A stretch of 64,000 nucleotides of DNA, taken from assembly GCA_964016885.1 (NCBI GenBank), contig CAXHJY010000340.1:31122-95121 (forward strand), given 5' to 3'. Origin of the DNA: Eledone cirrhosa (Eukaryota). How positions within the stretch are numbered: position 1 is the stretch's first letter; every line of letters starts with the position of its first letter. Shown piece by piece: positions 40,033 to 60,814 of the stretch. The notes below the pieces were generated by a model. It did not search any database. It had not been told where the DNA came from and worked only from the letters and a program-made list of their open reading frames with translations. The position numbers and the translations under genes are program-made.

Positions 40033-41558
40033 GTATCACTGTACCCATCCATTAACATTGATTTTGCTGTGGAAAAATGTGTGGAGATGATCATTGAGAG
40101 TGAGGTGTTGTTCTGTGACGTCGACACAGACGAACTGGGCCTCCTACTTAGACTTACCTACGACACTGACTACCTAGACAGCCATGACCCTAGACATTTC
40201 TGCCATAGTAGACCCATAAGAGGTAGACCCCCCACCATAACCTCAATGGCATAACAGATTCCTATGGGAAGGTAGATTGGGTGGACCAAAGCTATACGGA
40301 CCCCCCAAAGCAATGATCAGGTAAGAAAAATGGTCGCACATGCAATAGGGGCTAGTATCAAAACTACCCTAAAGGGCCACATATTCAAGTTCAACGAGAA
40401 GACCTACAACCAAAATGAGGGAGCAGCCATTGGCGTCAGCATAGCTGGTGATGTTGCCAACCTTTTCATGGTATGGTGGGAAAGGAGACTTAAAGATCTC
40501 CTTAATGAGAGCTCCATAGACCTCATCATGTACTCTCGTTACGTAGACGATATCAATTTAGTTATAAGAACATCCCCACTAGAGAGCACTAACAAGTTTG
40601 ATTTAGAACGTAGCAGAATGGAAAGCATCCAGCAGATAACTAATTCCATACACCAGAGTATAACTGTAACTATCGACTTCCCTTCCAAACACCCTAACAA
40701 TAGACTACCTGTATTAGACACGGAACTCTGGATTAACACTATAGACGAGAGAGCTCAAATTATCCACTCACACTATGCTAAACCCATGGCCGCCAAATAC
40801 CTGATACTCAAAAACTCAGCAATGTCTAGTAGTGCTAAGTTTAATATTCTGATCGCAGATTTGGTACGAGTAATGAAGAATGTGTCCCGCATGTGCGACC
40901 CAACAAAAATGGAAAGACACATCCAACACTTCATCAACCGCATGCAGTTCTCTGGCTACAACCAAAGAGACAGAGTCAGAGTATACGAAGGAGCCATGGA
41001 GAAGTATAAGACCCTCATAGAACTGGACATGAAAGGAATTTGCCCATTATACAGGAGCAAATCATGGAATAGCTTAGATAGGGCTAGACATAAGATAGGG
41101 AAAGCCACCTCATGGTACGACAACCAGAGATACCAGAGTGTCATGTTTGTGGACGCTACCCCTGGAGGGAAATTAGCTAACCAGTGTAGAAAGGCCCTGA
41201 GAAAGACAAAATAAAATAAACAAACAAGCAAATAAATGAATAAAGATATAGACAGACTGAATAAAAATGGCGCAGATATACAATACAACAGGAGGAAACG
41301 ATAGCACCACTGACGATGTTGCAGATGTGCAACGAAAGATTTATGATAAACTATATATATGTGTTTGTGTCTATATTGTATCTGTATTATTTTTGACCGT
41401 CGGTCAGTCAATGGCATCATTGAGGACCGAGTAAGTTAGATTACCGATATAAAAGACACAGAAGCGAGATACGAAAACCAACCAAACAGTAAATGTGTTC
41501 TGTTATTAATTCTGGCAATATTACACAAATATGACCCTCCCCAAGTATAACAATATTA
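40033..41558 (+). mobile_element. PLE RT fragment joined directly to the pLTR (GIY-YIG deleted)
   Basis: SLYPSI, QNEGAAIG, YSRYVDD, LPVLDTELW and SVMFVDATPGG. HHR at 41306-41347: ACCA-CTGACGA-tGTTGCA..TGCAAC-GAAA-GATT-TA|TGAT. Confidence 0.85.
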
Positions 41559-41709
41559 TATATTATATATATACATATATATATACGTATATACATATAT
41601 ATATATATATACATATATATACATACATATATATATATACATATATACATATACATATATACATGTATACATATATATATATACATATATATTATATATT
41701 ATATATAAA

Positions 41710-41749
41710 TACAAAATGTTTCGTCCTATTAAGGACTCATCAGGCCAAT
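41710..41749 (-). ncRNA. Canonical hammerhead core truncated by (TA)n
   Basis: ATTGGC-CTGATGA-GTCC ttaata GGAC-GAAA-CAtttTG-TA followed by microsatellite. The 3' strand of stem I is absent. Confidence 0.6.
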
Positions 41750-42389
41750 CAAAATCACAAGAAGCACTATCGGCCAATACAAGCCGAAAACTCCGAAGAA
41801 TATGAAGTGTACATACACTAAAGTATTTGAAGATTATGGGTAAAATTATTTGATAAAAATCACTAAAGAGGTGTATAACATTTAGAACCATATTACAAAT
41901 ATAGTCCATATTACAAATATAGTATTGAAGGCTTCTTTGTTTTATTTTCATAATTCTTCGGCTCTGTTTAATTACATTGAGCTATAGCTTTTACTGTCAT
42001 TTCTATAATACGAAGAGGGTGTTTAACTCCAACACGCTCCAGTATTTTAATCCTTATATATATACATATATATATATATACATATATATTATATATTATA
42101 TATATATATATATACATATATATTATATATTATATATATATATATACATATATATATATACATATATTATATATATATACATACATATATATATATACAT
42201 ATATTATATATATATACATATATATATATACATATATATATATATACATATATATATATACATATATATATATACATATATATATATATACATATATATA
42301 TATACATATATATATATACATATATATATATACATATATATATATACATATATATATATACATATATATATATTCATATATATTACATA

Positions 42390-48000
<5,611 letters not shown>

Positions 48001-48123
48001 ATATATCAAGATAAGCAGAACAAGTAAAATTCAACTAATTTTTCAAAATAAATCAAAATTAATATACAATTAAAATTAATCAAAGTTAAAAAATATAATA
48101 TAAATATTTACCTATTCAAATGG

Positions 48124-48201
48124 CCCTAACTGTACAGTTTCATTTTGCAAAACATTAGATATCACGTAGATATTAATGGAAAAGCAAAGATCATCAGAGA
48201 A
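48124..48201 (-). ncRNA. Hammerhead motif (same family as 58518-58596)
   Basis: TTCT-CTGATGA-long stem II-GAAA-CTGTACAG-TT|AGGG. Confidence 0.65.
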
Positions 48202-48277
48202 GCATTTTCCTATCCTAGGGTTAAAAACCCCAGGAACAACAAAATATATGACCTCACTCCAACTAATACAGGTCTAA

Positions 48278-48363
<86 letters not shown>

Positions 48364-48383
48364 ATATACATTTTTATATATAC

Positions 48384-48468
<85 letters not shown>

Positions 48469-48866
48469 TGTAGTTGAGCAGTTGAAGTATAAGGACGTGT
48501 TTTTACTTCTCTCCCCGAGTAAGCAGCAAGTCACACAGCCACAAAACAAAACCACAAAACAAAACCAAACAAACAAAAATTGACCGGTTAATACATTTAC
48601 ATACATCTATATTATTATATATTTGAAACCACGTGTTTTCCAACTTGTGAGTACATTTTCCTTTAACTACAAATTATTATTATATACTTTCGTCTTTTCA
48701 TTAATTTAATTATTTTCAAATAACCAGAATATACATATATATATATACTCATATTTATATATATAATCTTCTCACTCACACACAAGAAAAACAAAAAACA
48801 AAAATAAATAAAAAAAATATATATATATTGAAATACTTAACTAAAACACACACACTCAAAACTAGA

Positions 48867-50033
48867 ATGGCTAACCAGCAAAAATCCAAACAGAACTGGT
48901 CTGATAATGAAATCGACATTCTAATAAACACATAGCATTGCCTTACCCAAACAGAAGACATAGATGCTTCATGTCTGAACGACATTGCTAAACGTACAGT
49001 TCAACTTTTGAAAACTCGATCTGAACAACAGATTCAAAATAAATTAAAGCAAATCGAAATTGCTTTTAAATTAATCAATAAACATTTGGATAAACTACGG
49101 TGTGTTTTTTCTTCGAATGCTGTCCAGCAGCAGCAACAACAACAACAGCAGCTACAACGGCAACAACAACAACTGCTACAACAACAACATCAACAACAGC
49201 AACAACAACAATGACAACAACAACAACAGTGTGAACCACTCCTTGATTCATCAACAATGGCCGATCTACTAAATGAAACTATTGACCTCCCAGTAACCTC
49301 TGTCTCACAGCAGGAAACGCCACATCCTTTCTCTGGCCCAGCAGTCCAATCATCACCACTGCCAACATCTTCTTCCCTGCCTACTACTACTACTACTACT
49401 ACTACTACAACATCTTTGGCTACTGCTATCTCAAGGAATTTACCTTCTAATATCAGTACAAGAACTCTCCCTCCCACAGTCCACAAAGGTCGTCAAATCC
49501 TACTCAAACCATCATCTACACCTCTCACAACACACACACCCACATACCCACCCACTCGAAACCCCATCATTTGCCGCTACTCTTTACGCTATAGAATATG
49601 TACGGATAGTGGCTGCAAATTCACCCATTTACCTAGGACAAAACGATCTATCCCCACAAACAGCCACCACCATAATACATACCCTAATTTAACACCAACA
49701 CAACCACCAATAACTCAAACAAGGAATCCACAAATCTGCCGCTTTTCCCTGCGAGACAGATTCTGTTTAGACCGGGATTGTCCCTTTACCCATCTCCCGG
49801 GGACCCGTCTGACAAATGAAAATAAAATTAAAAATAAAAGCAAAAACAAAAACCATAACCTACATAAAAATAACCACTACCACAGTCACCAACAGTCTTC
49901 TAAACAGGAAACTTCTTCCTCTTTTTTAGCCATAATGAATCTGGCAAAAGAACTGGAAAAAAACATTCGAGCTATCACCCAGCACCACCCTCCACTATCA
50001 CCCCACTGCACAAACTCCCATTGCTGCCATTAA
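48867..50033 (+). pseudogene. LINE ORF1: Myb/SANT-like, polyQ and 2x CCCH; two premature stops
   Basis: One frame from ATG 48867: NWSDNEIDILINT*..TRSEQQIQNKLKQI, then C-x8-C-x4-C-x3-H twice. Stops at 48933 and 49212. Confidence 0.7.
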
Positions 50034-53000
50034 CAAACAAACAAATTAACAACACACCAAAACAATTAAAACCATCCACTCTCGCCTCTACATTTTTGTT
50101 TAACGCCCAAGGCATCAGCCCTTCCACCAATACTCAAAAATGGAAGATCAAATTCCTGGAGGACTGGATTGATGTCCATCCAAACCACATCCCTTTCTTC
50201 GTCCTCACTGAAACCCATCTCAGTAACCTCCACTTGGAAGCCGAGGTGAAAGTGAAAAATGTCAAAGCCATCCGTGCTGATCGCGCTGGCAGAAGAAAGG
50301 GCGGGACTGCCATTTATGTCCATAATTCTTTCTCAACAGAGGCTATGAACATATTCACTAATGGATACTGTGAAGCAGTCACTGCATTCAGTCAAACCAA
50401 CAAACTAATAGTAGTTGGGCTCTATAGGCCACCCCAAACGCCTGTACCATGCTTCAAGGAATGCCTCAACAGAATAAAGTGTTTCATCCAAGAGTGTCAC
50501 CCTGACAACATCTTAATGATGGGTGACTTCAACCTCCCCGGAGTTGACTGGTCCACAAACAGCCTGCCACCAGGTTCTTCTGCCTCAACCTCTGACAGGG
50601 AAGCAGTGGAATCGCTTCTTGACTTCTTGGATGATTTCTTCCTATCCCAACTGGTGCTCGAACCAACGAGGTGCCACAAAAACGTCCTAGACTTAATTTT
50701 CAGCAATCACACTGACAATATCCACAATATTGCAGTGGAGAAAACTCTACTCTCTGATCATGACATGGTTCTCTGTGATCTGAGATTCCACCGTCCAATA
50801 TACAAACCCAATGTCATCTCTCCTGTCCATCCGTTTGACGCTATGGATTTCCACAATGCAAACTGGGAAGCGATCAGTCATGATCTTGCACATGTCGACT
50901 GGTCCTTCACGCACACTCATACACCCACTAACATCAAAAAGTCCTGGCAGACATTTGTGGACACTGTTACAAACATATGTGCTAAACACACCCCATTAAG
51001 AACTATAAACAAATCTAAGAGCAGAATCCCTAGAAATAGAAAAACGCTCATCAGAAAAATTAAGAGAACGAACAAAAAAATCAACAAGCTGAAATACTGT
51101 CAGCAGCAACACATCAACTTGACTGCCATTTCATCACTAGAGATTAAAAAACATAACCTCCAAAACAACATAATGTCCCTCATCAACAATCAGAGAAGAG
51201 CTGAAGAGGCCTGGGCCATTGAGAAGATCAAACTCAATCCCAAAGTGTTCTTTTCATTTGCAATAAAACACAAAATCACTGGCTCTACTGTTGGCCCTCT
51301 AATTGATGAAAATGGCACTCTTCAAGACAATGCTAAAACCATGGGTGAGATACTGCAGAAACAATACTGCTCTGTTTTCAGCAATCCTGATATGGCCGAT
51401 CTGGGCTGTATCGGCGATGTTACTCCCCATTACACCTTATCGGACATAACGTTTGGCGCCCCTGATGTCTTAGCGGCAATAAAGGAAATCAAGCATAATT
51501 CAGCAGTAGGTCTCGATAGGTTCCCTGCTTGTGTCTTGAAGGCGTGTCAACACCAACTTGCATCTCCTCTTGCCAATCTGTGGCGGAACTCACTGGATGC
51601 TGGATATGTGCCAGAAAACCTTCTATCCCAGTCTGTTGTCCCAGTTTTCAAAAAGGGAAACAAATCCCTTGCCGTGAATTACCGTCCAATCTCACTCACC
51701 TCTCATATCATTAAGGTATTTGAGAGAGTGGTGAGATCGCGAATGACCCACTTCCTTGAGAGTAACAATATGCTGAACTCCAACCAGCATCGATTCCGTA
51801 ATGGAAGGGATTGCCTGACGCAGCTACTGCATCACTTTGATGACATTTTGAGAGCCTTGGGAGAGGGTTCCAACACTGATGTTATCTACCTTGATTTCAG
51901 CAAGGCCTTTGACAGGGTTGATCATAACATTCTACTGAGAAAGCTGTCCAATATTGGTGTCACTGGAAAGCTGCTGCAGTGGATCAAGAGCTTCCTGTCA
52001 AACAGAACCCAACATGTTGTAGTTGAAGGAGTCAAATCCAGCCCAGCCAAAGTCAGTAGTGGGGTCCCACAAGGCACTGTGTTGGGCCCACTTCTCTTCA
52101 TCATCTATATTAATGACATCACTGACATCATCAAACACAGCAACATTAAAATTTTCGCTGATGCTTCCAAGCTCCAAAAGGTCATCAATGGCGTGGATGA
52201 CCGGATAAGCCTTCAGTCAGACCTACTGGCTGTTACCCAATGGGCGGAAAAGAACAACATGTTACTGAACGAAGACAAATTCGAACTGATCCACTTTGGA
52301 AAAGAGGATGCTCTGAAACTCCCGTACTCCCTTCCCTCCGGGGAAACTCTCGTGGCATCTAACAACATGAGAGACTTGGGAGTAACCGTGGACAGCAACA
52401 TAAGCTGGGCCACGCATATAAGCAGCAAAGTTGACATGGCCCGCAGAATGTGTTCCTGGATCCTCAGAACCTTCCAGTCGAGAGATTCCCACACCATTAT
52501 CCTTCTCTTCTCTACTTTTGCCCGACCACACCTTGAATACTGTTGTCCACTCTGGTCTCCCCACACGAAACAAAGTATCATGAAACTTGAAGCTCCTCAA
52601 AGGGCAATCACGAAAAAGATAGATGGCATGTCAGACCTTGACTACTGGGGTCGACTAGAAAACCTGAAACTTTACTCACTCCAACTTCGCCGTGAGCGTT
52701 ATATTATCTGCATGATGTGGAAAATGTTCCATCATCACTGCCCAGATGATGTTGGCATCGCCTTCAAGATACACCCAAAGATTGCGCCTCGTGCGATCCG
52801 TCCCATACAAAAATCTAAATCGCAACTCATAACAACAATACGGCACAATTATTTCACCTCAATCGGCCCTGCTCTCTTCAACATCACACCAGGACACGGC
52901 AAAACAGAAACTGACCACGCAAAATTTAAGAAGTCTTTGGACAAATTCCTCCAAGTAATCCCGGACAAACCACCCACACCCGGATATGTCTCCGCAAACA

Positions 53001-53041
53001 GTAATTCTCTTCTCGAATGGGCCATGGTGCCCAAATCCTGA
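50021..53041 (+). CDS. LINE ORF2 APE endonuclease-reverse transcriptase (CR1-like); open, but catalytic FADD reads FADA
   Basis: [60 protein letters not shown] and [10 protein letters not shown]. Confidence 0.92.
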   Translation: MLPLTNKQINNTPKQLKPSTLASTFLFNAQGISPSTNTQKWKIKFLEDWIDVHPNHIPFFVLTETHLSNLHLEAEVKVKNVKAIRADRAGRRKGGTAIYVHNSFSTEAMNIFTNGYCEAVTAFSQTNKLIVVGLYRPPQTPVPCFKECLNRIKCFIQECHPDNILMMGDFNLPGVDWSTNSLPPGSSASTSDREAVESLLDFLDDFFLSQLVLEPTRCHKNVLDLIFSNHTDNIHNIAVEKTLLSDHDMVLCDLRFHRPIYKPNVISPVHPFDAMDFHNANWEAISHDLAHVDWSFTHTHTPTNIKKSWQTFVDTVTNICAKHTPLRTINKSKSRIPRNRKTLIRKIKRTNKKINKLKYCQQQHINLTAISSLEIKKHNLQNNIMSLINNQRRAEEAWAIEKIKLNPKVFFSFAIKHKITGSTVGPLIDENGTLQDNAKTMGEILQKQYCSVFSNPDMADLGCIGDVTPHYTLSDITFGAPDVLAAIKEIKHNSAVGLDRFPACVLKACQHQLASPLANLWRNSLDAGYVPENLLSQSVVPVFKKGNKSLAVNYRPISLTSHIIKVFERVVRSRMTHFLESNNMLNSNQHRFRNGRDCLTQLLHHFDDILRALGEGSNTDVIYLDFSKAFDRVDHNILLRKLSNIGVTGKLLQWIKSFLSNRTQHVVVEGVKSSPAKVSSGVPQGTVLGPLLFIIYINDITDIIKHSNIKIFADASKLQKVINGVDDRISLQSDLLAVTQWAEKNNMLLNEDKFELIHFGKEDALKLPYSLPSGETLVASNNMRDLGVTVDSNISWATHISSKVDMARRMCSWILRTFQSRDSHTIILLFSTFARPHLEYCCPLWSPHTKQSIMKLEAPQRAITKKIDGMSDLDYWGRLENLKLYSLQLRRERYIICMMWKMFHHHCPDDVGIAFKIHPKIAPRAIRPIQKSKSQLITTIRHNYFTSIGPALFNITPGHGKTETDHAKFKKSLDKFLQVIPDKPPTPGYVSANSNSLLEWAMVPKS

Positions 53042-53134
53042 ATTGAAAGACTTCGTCAGGTGCTGCTATTAAGTTAGACATGGCCTGGGCCAATACTGGC
53101 CAAAACATTTCAAAGTTATTCAAAGTTACATATA

Positions 53135-53246
<112 letters not shown>

Positions 53247-53493
53247 CATATATATACGTATATATATATATATACATATATATACATATATATATATATG
53301 TATATACAAATATATACATATATATATATATATACATACATATATATACATATATACATACATATATATACATATATATACATATATACATACATATATA
53401 TACATATATATATATATATACATATATATACATATATATATATATATATACATATATATACATATATATATATATATATACATATATATACAT

Positions 53494-54987
53494 ATATAGA
53501 TAATTTAATATATCAACTAACATAGGCGCACAGATGCACGTCCATGCCAGCAAATACACAGGTTATGTCATAGTACCTAGGTGGTTCAATGCAGGAGGGT
53601 GCAGAACAATAATATAAAAGACGTAAAATAAGAAAATATTTTTTTAAAAAATTTTTAAAAAATTTTTTTACTTACTTACTTAAATTTTCACTCCAACTAA
53701 TTAGTTTCTGCAATGGGATAAAGACAGTTACATAATCCAACTGTCGAGAATTCATTGTGTCATCAGGGAGTCTATTCTCAGCTGAGCCTCCAGTGAAAAT
53801 TTAAGTAAGTAAGTAAAAAAATTTTTAAAAAATTTTTTAAAAAATATTTTCTTATTTTACGTCTTTTATATTATTGTTCTGCGCCCTCCTGCATTGAACC
53901 ACCTAGGTACTATGACATAACCTGTGTATTTGCTGGCATGGACGTGCATCTGTGCGCCTATGTTAGTTGATATATTAAATTATCTATATTTATCTCCAAA
54001 TCACTGATTTGTCGAGCAAACCTGCCCAAACCACTTCAAAATTTTGTTTGGGGTGTTAGTAGGCGTCAGTCATCTTACCATCCCATTCCTTCTAACTAGC
54101 CTCTATGTCACGTGATTGATTCTTTAGAATCGGCCATTTGACTGGAAGCAGTGAGAATTTCAGTACATAGAATCCAGTCCTCGCCTAGCTGTTCTTTCTA
54201 CCGAATTACTATTTTTATTTTTATATGAGCCGCCAGTGTCCGCGCATTGCCTGGAGGCTCAGCTGAGAATAGACTCCCTGATGACGCAATGAATTCTCGA
54301 CAGTTGGATTATGTAACTGCCTTTATCCCATTGCAGAAACTAATTAGTTGGAGTGAAAATTTAAGTAAGTAAGTAAAAAAATTTTTTAAAAATTTTTTTA
54401 AAAAATATTTTCTTATTTTACGTCTTTTATATTATTGTTCTGCACCCTCCTGCATTGAACCACCTAGGTACTATGACATGACCTGTGTATTTGCTGGCAT
54501 GGACGTGCATCTGTGCGCCTATGTTAGTTGATATATTAAATTATCTATATTTATCTCCAAATCACTGATTTGTCGAGCAAACCTGCCAAAACCACTTCAA
54601 AATTTTGTTTGGGGTGTTAGTAGGCGTCAGTCATCTTACCATCCCATTCCTTCTAACTAGCCTCTATGTCACGTGATTGATTCTTTAGAATCGGCCATTT
54701 GACTGGAAGCAGTGAGAATTTCAGTACATAGAATCCAGTCCTCGCCTAGCTGTTCTTTCTACCGAATTACTATTTTTATTTTTATATGAGCCGCCAGTGT
54801 CCGCGCATTGCCTGGAGGCTCAGCTGAGAATAGACTCCCTGATGACGCAATGAATTCTCGACAGTTGGATTATGTAACTGTCTTTATCCCATTGCAGAAA
54901 CTAATTAGTTGGAGTGAAAATTTAAGTAAGTAAAACAATTTTTTAAAATTTTTTTAAAAAATATTTTCTTATTTTACGTCTTTTATA
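53494..54987 (+). mobile_element. Retrozyme-like array: inverted 300-bp arm plus 2.1 x 561-bp non-coding units
   Basis: Units start at 53792, 54352 and 54913. The inverted arm spans 53494-53793. (TA)n flanks both sides. Confidence 0.85.
54273..54354 (+). ncRNA. Hammerhead (copies at 54834-54915 on +, 53690-53771 on -)
   Basis: ACTCC-CTGATGA-cGCAATG...CATTGCa-GAAA-CTAATTAG-TT|GGAGT. Stem III (ACTAATTAGT) is palindromic. Confidence 0.85.
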
Positions 54988-54995
54988 TATATACA

Positions 54996-55037
<42 letters not shown>

Positions 55038-55164
55038 CATATATATACATATATACATATATATATATACATATATATACATATACATATATATATACAT
55101 ATATATATACATATATATACATATATAAATATATACATATACATATATATATACATATATATAC

Positions 55165-55205
<41 letters not shown>

Positions 55206-55224
55206 TATATACATATATATATAC

Positions 55225-55435
<211 letters not shown>

Positions 55436-55689
55436 AAGTATTAAAAAATAATGAATAAAACAATGAAACAGTTTCTTATATTAAACAAAAAAAGTTCATT
55501 ATTTAACGATCGTTTCTAGGACATATATGTGTTAGAATTGGTATGCATATTCAACAGATCTATGTACAAAATTATACAAAATTATACAAATTATCAAATA
55601 TAATATACATGTTGGACACTACCGTAAACTCTTGGTAGATTTATCTATATACACATATATATAATACATATATATATATATATATACAC

Positions 55690-55788
<99 letters not shown>

Positions 55789-55811
55789 TTATATATATAT
55801 ATATGTATACA

Positions 55812-55843
<32 letters not shown>

Positions 55844-55869
55844 TGTATATATATATATACATATATATA

Positions 55870-56960
55870 ACAAGTGGGGTGCCCCAGGGGACAGTCCTGT
55901 GACCACTACTGTTTTTGGTGGCTCTCTCGGACATGCGCTCTGTGGTGCATGCATCAACATCCCTCACTAGCTATGCTGATGAAACTAAGGTAGCACAGGC
56001 AATCAAAAGCCCGGCTGACGCTGCCCTTTTACAGCAGGATCTGGATGCCATATACAAATGGGGTGAAGAAAACAACATGGAGTTTAATGCTGGCAAATTC
56101 CAAGCCGTACAATACAAACCTACAAACACAAATATAGTGGAACACAGCTACACAGGACCAGGAGGGACCGATATCCCCGTGTCAAAATCGATACGAGACC
56201 TGGGCATAGACATGAGCGATGATGCATCTTTTTCTTCAGACATCATGAAGGTGGCGACAACATGTAGACGATTCGCTGGCTGGATCTTGAGGACTTTCCT
56301 TACAAGAGATCGAGACACCATGTTGACACTGTGGAGGACTTTTTTCCTAAGCCGCCTGGACTACTGCTCCCAGTTGTGGTCACCCTATAGTGTGAAACTA
56401 ACCACGGAGCTTGAGGCAATCCAGCGAAGCTACACCAAGGGGATTGCCAAGATGAGGGAGACAAGCTAATGGGAGAGGCTAAAGGAACTGAAGCTCTACT
56501 CCTTCGAGCGAAGACGGGAGAGATGCGGAAGTGATCTTGTTGTGGAAAATCCTGGACGGACTATCACCAAACTTTGGCATTGGGAGATGGACCACCCGTC
56601 GAACAGGACGTCACTGTGTGGTGTCAAAGGTCCCGTCTTCCACATCTAGAATAAGGAGCCGGTATTGCAATAGCCTGAGATTCAAGGGCCCTCAACTCTT
56701 CAACAGGCTGCCGAGGGATCTGAGAGACTTGCATGACGTGGAGGTAGATGTCTTTAAGAAACATCTCGACACCTTGTTATCCAGGATCCCGGATGAGCCC
56801 ACAGAAAGACACGAGGGAAACGTAAGGGCAGCAGCAACAAACTCCCTCTTACACCAGTGGCCAACCTATACAGGCTGGAGATAAAATGTGTAGCAACAAG
56901 GGCGGTGCCACAGCATGGCCTCAGCCGGATGGCTGAAACAGGTAAAAGAGTAAAAGAGTA
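55870..56960 (+). mobile_element. 5'-truncated CR1-like LINE family 2 (decayed)
   Basis: [26 protein letters not shown], with stops and a frameshift, and a (GTAAAAGA)2 tail. Confidence 0.9.
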
Positions 56961-57154
56961 TATATTATATATATATAATATATATATATATATAAATATA
57001 TATTATATATATATATATATAATATATATTATATATATATATATATATAATATATATATTATATATATATATATATATTATATATATATATATATAATAT
57101 ATATATTATATATATATATTTATATATATATAATATATATATTAAATATATATA

Positions 57155-57232
<78 letters not shown>

Positions 57233-58260
57233 TATTATATATATATAATATATATATTATATATATATATATATATCTATATAATATATATATTATATAT
57301 ATATATATAATATATATATTATATATATATATATATATATAATATATATATTATATATATATATATATAATATATATATTATATATATATATATATATAA
57401 TATACATATTATATATATATATATATATAATATATATATTATATATATATATAATATATATATATATATAATATATATATTATATATATATATATATAAT
57501 ATATATATTATATATATATATATATATAATATATATATTATATATATATATATATATAATATATATATTATATATATATATATATAATATATAAATTATA
57601 TATATATATATATAATATATAGATTATATATATATATAATATATAGATTATATATATATATATTATATATATATTATATATATATATTATATATATATAT
57701 ATATAATATATATATTATATATATATATATATAATATATATATTATATATATATATATATAATATATATATTATATATGTATATAATATATAAATTATAT
57801 ATATATATAATATATAGATTATATATATATATATTATATATATATATATATAATATAAATTATCGATATATAATATATATATTATATATATATATATAAT
57901 ATATAGATTATATATATATATATATATTATATATATATATATTATATATATTTATATTATGTATATATATATATTATATATATATAATATATATATTATA
58001 TATATATATATATATATTAAATATATGTATAATATATATATATAATATATATATATATAATATATATATATATATTTATTTATTATTATATATATATACA
58101 TATATATAATATATATATATATTATATATATATATATATAATATATATATATATAAATATTATATATATACATATATATACATATATAATATATATATAT
58201 ATAGATATTATATATATACATATATATTATATATACATATATATTATATATATATATACA

Positions 58261-58291
<31 letters not shown>

Positions 58292-58517
58292 CATATATAT
58301 TATATATACATATATATACATATATATTTTATATATATATATACATATATATTATATATACATATATATACATATATATTATATATATATATATATATAT
58401 ACATATATATTATATATACATATATATATATATTAAGATCAGCAGAACAAGCAAAATTCAACCAATTTTTTAAAATAAATTAAAAAATATAATTTAAATA
58501 GTTACCTATTCTGTTGG

Positions 58518-58596
58518 CCCTGACCGATCGGTTTCGCTTTGTAAAACACCAGAAATCCAATGGATTTCTAATGGAAAATCAAGGTTCATCAGAGAA
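58518..58596 (-). ncRNA. Hammerhead within an inverted repeat (58433-58470 / 58595-58636)
   Basis: TTCT-CTGATGA-long stem II-GAAA-CCGATCGG-TC|AGGG. Confidence 0.7.
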
Positions 58597-58834
58597 AAAT
58601 TGGTTGAATTTTGCTCTTTCTGCTTATCTTAATATTATAGTTCTGGTATGTCAAATTAATACCATAGAACAACCTTAAATCATAGACAACCTATATATTT
58701 CCAGGGGTACTCAGTACCCTTGGGTATATTAACTTCTTTTATATATACATATATATATATATATTATATATACATATATATATATAATATATACATATAT
58801 TATATATATAATATATACATATATATATATATAT

Positions 58835-58887
<53 letters not shown>

Positions 58888-58934
58888 CATATATATACAT
58901 ACATATATATATATATATACATATATATACATAC

Positions 58935-58969
<35 letters not shown>

Positions 58970-58994
58970 CATATATATACATACATATATATAC

Positions 58995-59066
<72 letters not shown>

Positions 59067-59288
59067 ATATATACACATATATACATACATATATATATAT
59101 ACATATATATATATATGTATATATATACATACATATATATATATATATATATACATATATATACATACATATATATATATATACATATATATATATATGT
59201 ATATATATACATACATATATATATATATACATATATATACATACATATATATATATACATATATAATATATATGTATATATATACATA

Positions 59289-59418
<130 letters not shown>

Positions 59419-59442
59419 TATGAAACAAATTCAGAAACGAAA

Positions 59443-59574
<132 letters not shown>

Positions 59575-59664
59575 CATATATATAATACATATATATATAT
59601 ACATATATATATACATATATATACATATATATATATACATATATATATACATATATATATATAC

Positions 59665-59695
<31 letters not shown>

Positions 59696-59696
59696 C

Positions 59697-59819
<123 letters not shown>

Positions 59820-59908
59820 CATACATACATACATATATACATATATATACATACATATATATATATATACATATATATACATACATATATATATATATAT
59901 ACATATAT

Positions 59909-59983
<75 letters not shown>

Positions 59984-59998
59984 CATATATATACATAC

Positions 59999-60059
<61 letters not shown>

Positions 60060-60074
60060 CATATATATACATAC

Positions 60075-60137
<63 letters not shown>

Positions 60138-60214
60138 CATACATACATATATACATATATATACATACATATATATATATATATATATACATATATATAC
60201 ATATATATACATAC

Positions 60215-60281
<67 letters not shown>

Positions 60282-60424
60282 CATATATATACATACATAT
60301 ATATATATACATATATATAAATATATATACATATATATATACATACATACATATATACATATATATACATACATATATATATATATATATACATATATAT
60401 ACATATATATACATACATATATAT

Positions 60425-60485
<61 letters not shown>

Positions 60486-60500
60486 CATATATATACATAC

Positions 60501-60571
<71 letters not shown>

Positions 60572-60580
60572 TATACATAC

Positions 60581-60614
<34 letters not shown>

Positions 60615-60641
60615 GTATATATATACATACATATACATATA

Positions 60642-60755
<114 letters not shown>

Positions 60756-60771
60756 TATATACATATATATC

Positions 60772-60811
<40 letters not shown>

Positions 60812-60814
60812 CAT

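Larger units (their letters stand above)
48471..53128 (+). mobile_element. Near-full-length CR1-like LINE inserted in (TA)n
   Basis: 5' UTR, ORF1, overlapping ORF2 and a 3' (TTCAAAGTTA)2 tail, with (TA)n on both flanks. Confidence 0.9.

Noticed and set aside
55501-55560. Minus-strand CTGTTGA...GAAA-CGATCG-TT hammerhead
   Set aside because: The core is mutated and stem I does not pair. It is at best a decayed relic.
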